DNA of 64,000 nucleotides from Leptospiraceae bacterium (GCA_040217195.1 JAVJNR010000002.1:64001-128000), one strand, 5' to 3'; shown: positions 47,969 through 57,988, numbered from the stretch's first letter. Numbers and translations are program-made. The notes: generated from the letters alone by a model not told the origin.

Positions 47969-48057
47969 TGATGCCTCGTTGATTAAGTTATATATCGGCG
48001 GAATCGGAATCGGGTTAATGGCAAAATGAAAAATCGAAGGATGGTAATCAGCTGGAT

Positions 48058-48762
48058 ATGACTGAAGAGGAGTTGAAGGAGAAATTGCCCGGCAGTGGAT
48101 TCGAATCTGCGCGAGTGAAATGGTATTTGGATTTTCTGGTAAACTACAACGAACGGGGAGGATTCTTTTCTAGAAAGGATGGGGAAAGAATCTTTGACAG
48201 ACATCTGCTGGAAAGTGCAATGTTTGTGGAACGAGTCAGGAATTATGTCTCTGTTTCACGTGAAACAACAGTGCTGGATGCTGGCTCCGGTCCAGGCTTA
48301 CCGGGATTTCTTTTTGCCTGTCTAACCGAAGCTCCCCGATTAACGCTGAATGACTCCAGTCGAAGGAGACTAGGATTACTGGCGGATGAGCTTTCCGAGA
48401 GCCCACTGGATTTCCCTTCTGTCCGCTTCGACTATTCCAGGTTGGAGGAGCTGAAAGGAAGCTTCGGCCTGATTGTAAGTCGAGCCTTGATTCCTTTCCC
48501 TTCTGTTTTACGACTCATAGCTCATCTTCAAAAACCCGGATCAGTGTATGCGGGATTCTTCAGTCCAATGGATATGGAACCGTTCGCTACGGTCATTCGA
48601 GATTGCGGCTATTCCGTATCAGGGCGGGAAACATTCATGACAGCCACCGAATCCATCGAAAGGCAGATCACATACTTTCGGAAAGAGAAAGTGGTCAGAC
48701 AGGGAAAACCGTTTGCATGGAAATTCATACGCGCCGAGATGAGCCAATGGCAGAAATCATAG
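48058..48762 (+). CDS. rsmG: RsmG/GidB-like SAM methyltransferase (divergent)
   Basis: RHLLES, LDAGSGPGLPG, VSRAL; directly upstream of parA. Confidence 0.8.
   Translation: MTEEELKEKLPGSGFESARVKWYLDFLVNYNERGGFFSRKDGERIFDRHLLESAMFVERVRNYVSVSRETTVLDAGSGPGLPGFLFACLTEAPRLTLNDSSRRRLGLLADELSESPLDFPSVRFDYSRLEELKGSFGLIVSRALIPFPSVLRLIAHLQKPGSVYAGFFSPMDMEPFATVIRDCGYSVSGRETFMTATESIERQITYFRKEKVVRQGKPFAWKFIRAEMSQWQKS
48252..48267. promoter_or_regulatory. parS centromere site
   Basis: Perfect palindrome TGTTTCACGTGAAACA inside rsmG (encodes VSRET). Confidence 0.95.
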
Positions 48763-49508
48763 CAGTAGCAAATCAGAAAGGTGGGGTCGGCAAAACCACC
48801 ACCACAATCAATCTTGCCGCTTTCCTGGGAAAGATGGGACAACAGGTGCTTATAGTGGATGTGGATCCCCAGGGAAATGCAAGCTCCGGGCTGGGGCTGG
48901 ACATCCATAAAATTGAGAAAACAACCTATGAAGTCTTTCTGGAAGAAGTATCGCTGGCAGAGGCAGTGCTGCGAACGGAGACCAAGAATGTATCCGTAGT
49001 TCCAGCCAATGTGAATCTTTCTGGAATTGAAATGGACCTTCTGCAGATGGAGGCCAGGGAATACAAACTTCAGGCTTCCCTGAAGCAAGTTGCCCTGAAT
49101 TACGACTGGGTATTCATCGATTGTCCTCCCAACCTGGGCATTCTGACATTGAATGCTCTTTGCGCTGCGGATGGAGTAATGATTCCGTTGCAAACCGAGT
49201 ACTATGCTCTGGAAGGTCTGACTCAACTTATGCGAGTCATTGGTCTGGTGCAGCAATCTCTGAACCCCTCCCTGGAATTAAAGGGTGTGGTCCTCACCAT
49301 GTACGATCAAAGAACGTCTTTAGCTCACCAGGTTGTAGACGATGTAAAACAACACTTCGGAGATAAGGTGTTCTCTGCTGTGGTTCCAAGGAATGTAAAA
49401 CTATCCGAGGCGCCATCGTTCGGAAAAAGTATTCTGGATTATGCACCGGACAGCGCCGGAGCTCGAGCGTATGAACAACTGGCGAATGAGGTAATGAAGA
49501 ATGGCTAA
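48747..49508 (+). CDS. parA: Chromosome partitioning ATPase ParA/Soj
   Basis: ANQKGGVGKTTT, DVDPQGNA, IDCPPNLG, PRNVKLSEAPSFG. Confidence 0.97.
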   Translation: MAEIIAVANQKGGVGKTTTTINLAAFLGKMGQQVLIVDVDPQGNASSGLGLDIHKIEKTTYEVFLEEVSLAEAVLRTETKNVSVVPANVNLSGIEMDLLQMEAREYKLQASLKQVALNYDWVFIDCPPNLGILTLNALCAADGVMIPLQTEYYALEGLTQLMRVIGLVQQSLNPSLELKGVVLTMYDQRTSLAHQVVDDVKQHFGDKVFSAVVPRNVKLSEAPSFGKSILDYAPDSAGARAYEQLANEVMKNG

Positions 49509-50379
49509 GAAAAGTGGCCTGGGTCGGGGCCTATCCAATTTGATTCCCGGCGCATCTGGCGCCGCGGCTCCGGCCGCCACAGAAGGACATCCTGATTACC
49601 AGGAAATAGCGATCGATTTAATAACACCCAATCCCGATCAGCCTAGAAAGAAGTTCCGCGATCAAGAGATAGAAGAGCTGGCCGCCACGCTTTTATCCGT
49701 GGGTCTAATTGAGCCTATTGTAGTTCGACGCAAGAATGATGGATTTGAAATCATTTCCGGTGAACGCCGATGGAGGGCAGCATCCCAGGCCGGATTTCGA
49801 AAGATACCGGCCGTAATCAAGCAGGTCAATGAGAGCCAGGCACTGGAGATGGCCATCATTGAAAATGTTCAGCGCGAGGATCTAACGGTGATTGAAGAGG
49901 CCAGAGCCTACGAAGCGCTCATGAATCTCAGTGGTTCCAGGGCTGCAGATGTGGCGAAGAAAGTCGGAAAGGATAGAGCTACAATCACCAACCTCATCCG
50001 ATTGCTAAAACTACCCGAAGAGGTGCTAAATCTGATTGAGGATCGGAAGCTAAGCGGGGGAGCCGCGCGACCTTTGCTCTCTCTGGGCGATAAGAAAGCT
50101 ATCCTTAAACTGGCTCGGAAGATTGTTCAGGAAGGTTGGTCAGCCAGAAAGGTTGAAGAAGAAGTAGCTCGAATGATGGAGCCGGTGGCAGGCAGTGGAA
50201 AATCTGCTGGCGGCCAGAAGGATGCCTCCACAAGAAAACTGGAAGAGCGACTCAGGGCTCGCTTTACTGCAAAAGCAGAAGTGAAGCATAAAAAGAATGG
50301 TTCCGGTCAGGTCACTCTGCACTACGCAAACCTGGACGATCTGGATCGTCTTCTGGAAATGTTAGGAATTAAGAAATAG
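49501..50379 (+). CDS. parB: Chromosome partitioning protein ParB/Spo0J
   Basis: GLGRGL, NPDQPRK, GERRWRA, IENVQREDL, HTH. Confidence 0.97.
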   Translation: MAKKSGLGRGLSNLIPGASGAAAPAATEGHPDYQEIAIDLITPNPDQPRKKFRDQEIEELAATLLSVGLIEPIVVRRKNDGFEIISGERRWRAASQAGFRKIPAVIKQVNESQALEMAIIENVQREDLTVIEEARAYEALMNLSGSRAADVAKKVGKDRATITNLIRLLKLPEEVLNLIEDRKLSGGAARPLLSLGDKKAILKLARKIVQEGWSARKVEEEVARMMEPVAGSGKSAGGQKDASTRKLEERLRARFTAKAEVKHKKNGSGQVTLHYANLDDLDRLLEMLGIKK

Positions 50380-50454
50380 AAAACGGAAGTCGGAGCAGTT
50401 CAGCTCCCGGGAAAATCATGGATTGTGAATTGAAGCTAAATAGGTTCAATCAAG

Positions 50455-50492
50455 GCTCCCGGACTTTGCCCTGAAGTTGAAACTCCGGGAGC
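50455..50492. terminator. Inverted repeat between convergent genes
   Basis: GCTCCCGGA ... TCCGGGAGC 9-bp stem; no long T tract. Confidence 0.4.
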
Positions 50493-50526
50493 TAATTAGA
50501 ATCAATAACAAGCATCCGACTCTGGT

Positions 50527-51312
50527 CTAAATATGCTCGTGACTGAACAGATGATCCTGGCAGTATTCATGGTCTTCGCAATCCACGCAGTAGCGAAACT
50601 CCAGTGCTGGATCATCTTGTTCCGTGCGACCGCACACAGTACAGCGATGGATAATCTGAATTGCAGGCTGTGTCGCCTTGGCCTGAAACCGCGCTCTGCG
50701 CACTGGCTGGATTCCTCGCTTCTGCCAGAGAGCTCGACCAAAGAAGATCAAATAATTCAAAAGAGCAAGTGCTGGTCCCAGTAGAGGAAAAACCTGTCCT
50801 TGCAAAAACAGAGTCATGAGAGGGTTCGCAACGATGACGATGACGATCAGTATAGCCACCCATTTGATTTTCACTGGAATGATAAACATGAGCAACATCC
50901 TCATATCTGGATTCAGGGTAGCTACGCCTAGAAAGACTCCCAGGTAAATGTACTCGGGAGGGATGCCGAAAGGGCTGGCCAGTAATGTAAACAGTACGCC
51001 CAGAAGGATATAGAGGTTGAATCTGAAGTCCCCCATCAATGCTTCGAGTTGAGAACCGAAAATCCAGACCAGATACAGGAAGAAGAACAAGAAGAGCCAG
51101 GCACTGAAGCCACTCATGTCCGCGAATGAAAGTCGGAACGGATAAAAGAAGATGTGCCACCACTGATCAGACAGGATGGAGTTCAAGCTAACCCGACCGA
51201 TGCCCAATTGAAATGCCAGATCGGCTCCCGTGACCACCGCGGTGAGTATGATCATTGCCAGAGTTAGGTGGGGTACGGCGAATTTTCCCAGGTGCTTTTC
51301 GAGCCAGCGCAT
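50527..51312 (-). CDS. Rhomboid-like membrane protein with C-terminal Cys/His zinc-binding domain
   Basis: LEKHLGKFAVPHL, QWWH, GSQLE..G.FRFNLY, IPVKIKW; HRCTVCG...YCVDC..HEYC..H. Confidence 0.8.
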   Translation of the reverse strand: MRWLEKHLGKFAVPHLTLAMIILTAVVTGADLAFQLGIGRVSLNSILSDQWWHIFFYPFRLSFADMSGFSAWLFLFFFLYLVWIFGSQLEALMGDFRFNLYILLGVLFTLLASPFGIPPEYIYLGVFLGVATLNPDMRMLLMFIIPVKIKWVAILIVIVIVANPLMTLFLQGQVFPLLGPALALLNYLIFFGRALWQKRGIQPVRRARFQAKATQPAIQIIHRCTVCGRTEQDDPALEFRYCVDCEDHEYCQDHLFSHEHI

Positions 51313-51368
51313 ATGGTAGGGGCTCGTCAGGTGATCCCGGGTCAAGTAGAACTGTATTTACAACAGAG

Positions 51369-52082
51369 ATGGACTTTGCAGTGTCTGCTATGCCCGGATT
51401 GATTCGAAGCACTTTGCGAACCATTGCATGGGAGCTGCGCCAGGAAGGGAAGCATCCGGGTAGTGTACTTTTCTTTTTATCGTTTGCAATAACCCTAAAT
51501 GTTATTTACTATTATGCCTTTGGTCGAGAAGCTCTGGAGAGGCACTCCGGTGGTGGCCTGGTTCTATCGCTATTCTTTGTATCCGTAGTTATTCTGAGCC
51601 GGGGTCATAGCCGGGACCGTGAGGGAGGAGCTCTAAAGGTCTTGCTGGCATCACCGGTGGATCGCATAGGCCTTTATTTGGGACGGGTACTGGCACGAAG
51701 CGGGGTCCTGCTGGTCGTGCTACTGACTAGCTGGCCCATCACCGGATTACTGATCACTGGTCGACCTTTATTATTCGAATCTGGAGTGTTGCCCAGAATG
51801 CTACTATTGATGTTGCTTGGCTGCATAGCCTTGAGCTCCCTGGGAACCATGGTTGTGATGCTTGCTTCCGGGAATCGCTTCCGGGAGATGATTGTTCCTG
51901 TACTTTTTTTTCCGGCCGCTCTTCCATTGTTCATGGTAATCTCCGGTGCTTTCTCGGATGCAGGATTGGTGGAAGTTGCTCAGTATAATCGCCTTGTCAG
52001 TGTAGTCTCACTTATGACCTTGTTCTATATTCTTGTGGGTGGGCTCTTTACCATGCGGATATCGCCCACCGAAGGTGCCTGA
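51369..52082 (+). CDS. ccmB: Heme exporter protein CcmB
   Basis: ELRQEGK, DREGGAL, REMIVPVLFFP; upstream of ccmC. Confidence 0.8.
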   Translation: MDFAVSAMPGLIRSTLRTIAWELRQEGKHPGSVLFFLSFAITLNVIYYYAFGREALERHSGGGLVLSLFFVSVVILSRGHSRDREGGALKVLLASPVDRIGLYLGRVLARSGVLLVVLLTSWPITGLLITGRPLLFESGVLPRMLLLMLLGCIALSSLGTMVVMLASGNRFREMIVPVLFFPAALPLFMVISGAFSDAGLVEVAQYNRLVSVVSLMTLFYILVGGLFTMRISPTEGA

Positions 52083-52084
52083 CC

Positions 52085-52741
52085 ATGAATCGATTATACT
52101 GGCTGCTATTATTGTTTATTCCCGTTCTTCCCATTACTACTATCTATGCTCTGATCGTGCCTCCAGTGCTACTGGAGCAAGGACAGGCTCATCGCATTTT
52201 CTACATACACGTCCCGGTAGCCTGGGTTGCATTATACGCTCCTCTGATTTCCTCAGTGTCTGGTATACTTTACCTGGTTACCCGACGTCAGGTATTCGAT
52301 AGATGGAATGTAGCCAATGCAAGGATTGCAGTTCTGTTCAGCCTCGGAGTAGTCATTTCAGGACCAATCTGGGCCTATACTGCATGGGGAACATTCTGGA
52401 ATTTCTCCGATCCACGGTTGATGAGCTTTTTCATTCTATTGCTCTGCCTGGGGGGATATTTCCTGGTGCGGCTATTTACGGATGATGTAGAGCGCCGGGG
52501 AATCTATAGCGCTCTTTGGGCCATTATTGCAGCGGCCGCCTCCGTTTTCACATGGCTGGCAATTCGAATCATTGAAACCGATCTACATCCAGGGCCAGTT
52601 CTCAATAATATGGATGAGCGAATCGCCAATGCTTTCTGGTGGAACGTACTGGCCTATCATCTGCTTTTCTGGGTGTTGCTTGTGCTCGGGCTTCAACATG
52701 AGAAGTCCAGAGAAATGGAAGAACGAGAGTTTGCGAAATGA
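52085..52741 (+). CDS. ccmC: Heme exporter protein CcmC
   Basis: RIFYIHVPVAW, GPIWA..AWGTFWNFSDPRL, LHP. Confidence 0.9.
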   Translation: MNRLYWLLLLFIPVLPITTIYALIVPPVLLEQGQAHRIFYIHVPVAWVALYAPLISSVSGILYLVTRRQVFDRWNVANARIAVLFSLGVVISGPIWAYTAWGTFWNFSDPRLMSFFILLLCLGGYFLVRLFTDDVERRGIYSALWAIIAAAASVFTWLAIRIIETDLHPGPVLNNMDERIANAFWWNVLAYHLLFWVLLVLGLQHEKSREMEEREFAK

Positions 52742-52760
52742 GATTACCGGGAGCCTGAAA

Positions 52761-53264
52761 ATGATTACCAACAGAATTAAAACCAAGAGAGCTACTTTTA
52801 TCCAATTTGTAGCGGCCACTAGCCTGGCCCTCGGGATTTTGCTGGTACCCGGGACGAAATACTCTGAGCAACCGGTGCCTGGAGAAAGGGTTCGTCTGGA
52901 GGCCCGGGCGGATGAATTACAATCTCTGGATCCGCGGCAAGCGAAGGAGTTCATTCGAGGCCTGCCTGAACGGGACGCAATCGGTATCTATGATCTTCTG
53001 GTGAGCGAAGCTTCTGACAGAGGCATCGGCCCCCAGGTCTTTTATCTGGCAGAGCACATCCAGACACTACGGGCTACAGAGGCAGCACAGAAACGACTGG
53101 AGAGCCTGATCTGGGTCCTTGGACTGACTCTGTTGCTTTTCGCCGGATATTTGACCTACGTATTGATCGATCAGCGAAGAATCTATCGTAAGATGCTGGC
53201 ACTGAAAGAAGCCAGGAATTCGCATAGTTCTAGAGTACAATCCGACGTTTACACCGGGGAATAG
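52761..53264 (+). CDS. Hypothetical membrane protein with CcmD-like C-terminus
   Basis: Signal/TM N-terminus; C-terminal WVLGLTLLLFAGYLTYVLIDQRRIYRK; follows ccmC. Confidence 0.65.
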   Translation: MITNRIKTKRATFIQFVAATSLALGILLVPGTKYSEQPVPGERVRLEARADELQSLDPRQAKEFIRGLPERDAIGIYDLLVSEASDRGIGPQVFYLAEHIQTLRATEAAQKRLESLIWVLGLTLLLFAGYLTYVLIDQRRIYRKMLALKEARNSHSSRVQSDVYTGE

Positions 53265-53265
53265 A

Positions 53266-54153
53266 ATGCATCTTTCCGAGGTTCAGACTCTCAATCGTAT
53301 ACTGGCGGAGCCAGGTGTTGAATCTGAATCCGATAGAATATGCGTAGATACCTTTCGAACGCCCTACATTCAGTGGAAAGAGACCTTACAGTGGCCTTCG
53401 CTTTCGGTACTGCACGCTGAAGCTTCCTCGGCTCAGCCCATCCTCGAAGAAATTATGCGCAGATCACCCTGGTTAATTCAGGGGACTCATGTACTGCCCG
53501 AAGCTCGACCCCGAAGGGATGAACCCAATCTTCATCTTGTGAAAGAGTTCGAAACCGCCGGGCAAATCTATCTGCTAAAAATCAAGATTTTGATGACCTA
53601 TATGGGCGGCGCCCAGGGACAGGAGCTGGACGATGGTCAGGTGCAGGACAGGAACCCTGGATTCTTGAGCGATAGAATCTACTTTCAATGCCGATTGTTT
53701 CCGGTTCATTCTGTAAGGAAAGAAGAAGGGGCGATTGTGGATTTTGAGCCAGAGCACTATCGGCCAGCCAGTGGAATGCAGAATACTGTAGGAGAGACTC
53801 ATCAGACCGCTCGATGGAACGTTATGCTATTTGATGAAATGGATTTTAGCGATCTGGAGAAGTCCATTCGAGAATCCGTTTCAAGTCTTCCCTGGAAGCC
53901 CGGCCGACTGTTCAATCCATTTGTGATCGACCACGGAACCGTAAATTGGAATGTGTTTCATCTGAAGGAACTTGAGCACGTTCTAGGATACTTTCATAGA
54001 CTCTGGTTACATCTGCGCGATGGAGCAGAGTTATTGCATGAGGATCATCTATTCTGGGATGCATACTATGAGGCCTGGAAATATGCGCGATTTCTATCCA
54101 GAGGTGGTAATCCACACTGGGAAATTCTCGAAGCACCCGGCTGGCAGCCCTGA
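53266..54153 (+). CDS. Hypothetical protein
   Basis: 295 aa ORF 1 bp after previous stop. Confidence 0.75.
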   Translation: MHLSEVQTLNRILAEPGVESESDRICVDTFRTPYIQWKETLQWPSLSVLHAEASSAQPILEEIMRRSPWLIQGTHVLPEARPRRDEPNLHLVKEFETAGQIYLLKIKILMTYMGGAQGQELDDGQVQDRNPGFLSDRIYFQCRLFPVHSVRKEEGAIVDFEPEHYRPASGMQNTVGETHQTARWNVMLFDEMDFSDLEKSIRESVSSLPWKPGRLFNPFVIDHGTVNWNVFHLKELEHVLGYFHRLWLHLRDGAELLHEDHLFWDAYYEAWKYARFLSRGGNPHWEILEAPGWQP

Positions 54154-54179
54154 GCCTCTGCGAAGATCTTAGTGCGAAA

Positions 54180-55319
54180 ATGGCAATCCGATATAAAATG
54201 AAATCCCCTATAAAAAAAAATAAATTCGCATTCAGTTTAGGTGCGTATCGGGGCCGGGCAATCCGATCGAGCAAACAACAGGAACCGAAACTCTTTCGCA
54301 GGATAATTGCTATGTCCGTGCTGATGCTCATGCTCGGTGCATCCTGCAGTCCTATGAAGCGGATACCTTTCTCCCGCTGCGAAGCTGTGAATGGGCTTGC
54401 TGGTCCCTCTGATCTGGCAATGGAGAATCGCTCCGCTTTTGGTGGGGACCGATTGATCGTAGCCTCCCAGGAGCGCCGGGATAGAGATCCGGAAGGGGAA
54501 TATCTGGATTCCGGTTCTATCAAATTTATTCCCCTGAGCGGTGGAAATCGAAATCAAGTAATTGAGTTTTCCTTTAGCGGAAGGGATGAATATCCGTTTC
54601 ATCCCGAGGCCATCGATATTCTAGTTCATGGCGGTAGCAAGTACCTGTTTGTCATCAATCATGCCAGAACCACGCAGCATGCAGTTGAGATATTTAGAAT
54701 TGAAAAGACAAGCCTTGTGTTTATGGGCCGATTTAGGCATCGATTCATTGAATACCCTTCCGACATAGTTGGTCTGGGCCTGGATGAATTCTATTTAATC
54801 AACAAGCGCTCTTCCAGTGGATTGCAGCACTACGGCCTATCCACAGTATTCACTGGATCAGGGTCATTGATCTATTACAATAATCAAACCTACTATCGAC
54901 TGCGAAGCAACCTGAATGAACCGGAAGGACTGGCAATGAGTCCGGATCAAACCAGGCTGTGGATTAGCCTTGGCGGTTCTGGAGAGCTACTTGCTCTGGA
55001 AAGGGGTAGCGGAACAAATCTGACCGAGCTGGCGCGCATACCGGTTTCGGGATATCCGCTCAGATTGACTTTTTCAGGTAGCGATTCGATGCTACTGGCA
55101 AGCATAGAAAGTGAATGGGATTGGAGCAGTCATGCCACAGATCGATCGGCCAATGCGCCCAGCCGACTTCTGGAAGTGGATGCTACCCGGGGACAAAGCA
55201 AGGTTATCTACCAGGATTCTGGTTCAGAGATAAGCGGCGCCACAGTAGCTCTTCAGGATGGGAATCGAATCTATCTTGGTCAAAAGTACGATGGCTTCGT
55301 TCTAATTTGTAATCGATAA
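54180..55319 (+). CDS. Paraoxonase/arylesterase-like beta-propeller lipoprotein (start uncertain)
   Basis: LGASC lipobox; FHPEAIDI, LFVINH, VEIF, ISGATVA segments follow the PON layout. Confidence 0.75.
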   Translation: MAIRYKMKSPIKKNKFAFSLGAYRGRAIRSSKQQEPKLFRRIIAMSVLMLMLGASCSPMKRIPFSRCEAVNGLAGPSDLAMENRSAFGGDRLIVASQERRDRDPEGEYLDSGSIKFIPLSGGNRNQVIEFSFSGRDEYPFHPEAIDILVHGGSKYLFVINHARTTQHAVEIFRIEKTSLVFMGRFRHRFIEYPSDIVGLGLDEFYLINKRSSSGLQHYGLSTVFTGSGSLIYYNNQTYYRLRSNLNEPEGLAMSPDQTRLWISLGGSGELLALERGSGTNLTELARIPVSGYPLRLTFSGSDSMLLASIESEWDWSSHATDRSANAPSRLLEVDATRGQSKVIYQDSGSEISGATVALQDGNRIYLGQKYDGFVLICNR

Positions 55320-55379
55320 TCGGGGATCAATGTAGGTATAGGCGCTTAGCAGCCGGAAACCTCCAAAAATTTTTGCAGC

Positions 55380-57209
55380 TCATCGATATAGCCGTTCTTC
55401 CAGTTTTCGCATAAGGATTTGATGCTTTCGCACCTCTTTCAGTAGGTCTTTCACGAAATCCACTGGTAGTTTGCCGGTTTCTTCCATGGTAACAATTTGC
55501 TGCTGAAGTGGAGCGCCCACGATGCGTATTAGCGAACTGAACTTTTGCCAATTATCGAGAAACCGGGGTCCGCGGAGCAGTTCAGCTAAACCTTTGAGCT
55601 GCTTCTGAAGCGTCTGTATTTCATCCATTCGAATTCTTGCCGGCTGCCTGGAGCCTGAAAACGTCTGAGCTGGTACTGGCAAAGCATCCGGCCGGATAAC
55701 CGGGATCTGAGCTGACTTGTCTGGTGTAGGATTTGTTGCTGCGGGACCAGACGATTGATTCCACCAGTGTGTCACTGATTCATAGCATTCAATGCCAGGA
55801 AAACTGACTCCACCGGAACTCAAAACTGCAATAGAGGCTCGGTCCTTATCCTTCGCAAATCGATCGGAAAACCACTGATAGAAGACCTGTAATTTGTCGT
55901 TGGAGTGAACCGTCGGTCTGGATTCTCCGGGTAAGGAAACAACTGGAATGGCGAATCTCTGTCTATAATTGCCAGTCTCCCTGGATTGAAATCTGTCTTC
56001 CCTAAAACTCCATAACTCTTCCAATGCAGAACCTGAAGCATGCACTCTAGTCCTGGTAAAAGAAAGATCCTGTCCTACCAGAAGAATGCGTCTGCATCCC
56101 AAAAAGAAAGCCAGATCGTAGGCGTTAGTACTGACGGAGCCGCCATAAGATAGTTGCGAGGGTTCCGGTTTCCCACTGAAGGCCAAAATGGTCGATGCTA
56201 GAGGAAATGGGTTGCCGGTGCAGAACATTTTACCCTCCCAACGTCGCAGAGCTAATGGGCTACAGGAAGGATCAATAATTAGAATTGGAGAGGAGGCAGT
56301 CGCAGCATTGTCTTTTGCACTGTTTGTCATGGACTCGCCGGCCAGATGATAAAAGTTGATTGGTTGTGGGTCCACTGTAAGTACAAAATCCGGTGTCAGG
56401 GAATGAAGCCTGCACACGGATAAAGCAGTATCGACTGCGATAATCAATATTGAATCTTGCTGCTTCTTCAGCTCTGCAATCCGGGCTATATGATCAGCCA
56501 GCGATGGGCCGGCACCCAGGACGATGGCAGATTGATTCGAGTAGAGATTTTTGAGTGAATCAATGCTCTGGTTTTCAATAAGGTTGAGTGCATTCGCATA
56601 GAGATTGCGCATCCAGAGAGAGCCGAACCTTGCCAGAGTATTGCGGTTGATTTGTTTTCTCTGAGCGCGACTGTTGAGCTCCGAAAAAAGATTGCGATAG
56701 ATGACATGACTTTGCAAAGCCCCACGATGCGGAAACAGAAGGCAGGACTTCTGATCCAGAAAGGCCCTGGCTTGCTCTGGACTAATTATTTTGCTGAAAG
56801 GAGTTCGATGGCCCTTTGCCTCCTGCAATTTTTGCCTGTGTTCAGAGCGGCCGGGGCCATGCGAGGCCTGCGACCCTGGACTGGTCTGCTCATGCAATGC
56901 ATTGCGTATTTCTTCCAAAGGCTCAACCACAGCCCATGTGATGTCCTGGAGAAAATCTGCCTGTTTTAAAGCCTCAAAAAATGGAGCTCCACCACAACCA
57001 ACGATTAGAATAGACTTTAGTTCCGGTTGTTCTTTTAGCTCCTTCTGTAGCGAGAGAACCAGTCGTTGGGCTTCTTTTTCTGGATCATAAACGCTAGATT
57101 GCGCCCTATTGTTGATGCATGGAATGTCTCGGCCGGATCTGGACTGTTTCCAGGATACGATAGCTGATGGTGCCGTGTTGCCCGAAGATTCTACGTCTTG
57201 CGATACCAT
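55380..57209 (-). CDS. Motility-associated factor (Maf/DUF115) glycosyltransferase-like protein
   Basis: SVYDPEKEA, IVLGAGPSL, PDFVLTVDP, GGSVST, LVGQDLSF. Confidence 0.85.
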   Translation of the reverse strand: MVSQDVESSGNTAPSAIVSWKQSRSGRDIPCINNRAQSSVYDPEKEAQRLVLSLQKELKEQPELKSILIVGCGGAPFFEALKQADFLQDITWAVVEPLEEIRNALHEQTSPGSQASHGPGRSEHRQKLQEAKGHRTPFSKIISPEQARAFLDQKSCLLFPHRGALQSHVIYRNLFSELNSRAQRKQINRNTLARFGSLWMRNLYANALNLIENQSIDSLKNLYSNQSAIVLGAGPSLADHIARIAELKKQQDSILIIAVDTALSVCRLHSLTPDFVLTVDPQPINFYHLAGESMTNSAKDNAATASSPILIIDPSCSPLALRRWEGKMFCTGNPFPLASTILAFSGKPEPSQLSYGGSVSTNAYDLAFFLGCRRILLVGQDLSFTRTRVHASGSALEELWSFREDRFQSRETGNYRQRFAIPVVSLPGESRPTVHSNDKLQVFYQWFSDRFAKDKDRASIAVLSSGGVSFPGIECYESVTHWWNQSSGPAATNPTPDKSAQIPVIRPDALPVPAQTFSGSRQPARIRMDEIQTLQKQLKGLAELLRGPRFLDNWQKFSSLIRIVGAPLQQQIVTMEETGKLPVDFVKDLLKEVRKHQILMRKLEERLYR

Positions 57210-57979
57210 TGATATTGGCCCTCAATTCTCCGGACTTCCAGAGGTGTACCGTAGGTATCGGAAATGTTCGCAGATGTTAATATCTGATCAATCTGGCCGC
57301 TATGGAGCACCCTGCCGGCCTGCATCAGTGCTGCATGCGTAGCGTAAATTGGTATCTCCTGGATACGATGTAAAACCATCAATGATGATCGAATACCCGG
57401 CAACAGTTCATGAAATAGATCCTGGATAGACAATTGTGCGGCGATATCCAGACTTTCATACGGTTCATCCAATAGAAGCAACTCTGGTCTGGCTGCAATA
57501 CAGTAAAGTAGCAATGCCCGTCTTCTCTCTCCAGAACTAAGAGTCGTTAACCGTGATCTCTCCGAAATATTCAGTTTTAAATGCGTATGCACCAGTTCCC
57601 TGGCTGTGGAATAATCTGTTTCAGTGGGCCTTGCATAAATAGGCAGTTTTCCAGTTAATCCATACAGAACCAGATCTAGAATTGTAAGTGTGGGATAGTT
57701 CTGAATCAGTCCCTCAGCCTCCCTGGATTCGAAAATACCCAGTCTTTGCTTCAATGGAAATACCGGAACGCCCGGCAATTTAGTTTCGAATAAGCGGATG
57801 CTACCCCGGGTAGGCCATAATCGTAATGCTATTACATTTAAAAGGGTACTCTTTCCGCTGCCGTTGGGACCAAGCAGGACCCAGTGTTCACCGTCTCCAA
57901 GTTTCAGAGTTACTGAATCCAGCAGTGTCGCTTCATTGCGAATAACAGAGACCTGATTGAGTTCTACCAGAGTTGTCAT
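57191..57979 (-). CDS. ABC transporter ATP-binding protein (ModF/YlmA-like)
   Basis: GEHWVLLGPNGSGKSTLL, LSSGERRR, LLLLDEP. Confidence 0.9.
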   Translation of the reverse strand: MTTLVELNQVSVIRNEATLLDSVTLKLGDGEHWVLLGPNGSGKSTLLNVIALRLWPTRGSIRLFETKLPGVPVFPLKQRLGIFESREAEGLIQNYPTLTILDLVLYGLTGKLPIYARPTETDYSTARELVHTHLKLNISERSRLTTLSSGERRRALLLYCIAARPELLLLDEPYESLDIAAQLSIQDLFHELLPGIRSSLMVLHRIQEIPIYATHAALMQAGRVLHSGQIDQILTSANISDTYGTPLEVRRIEGQYQWYRKT

Positions 57980-57988
57980 GAATGGCGA

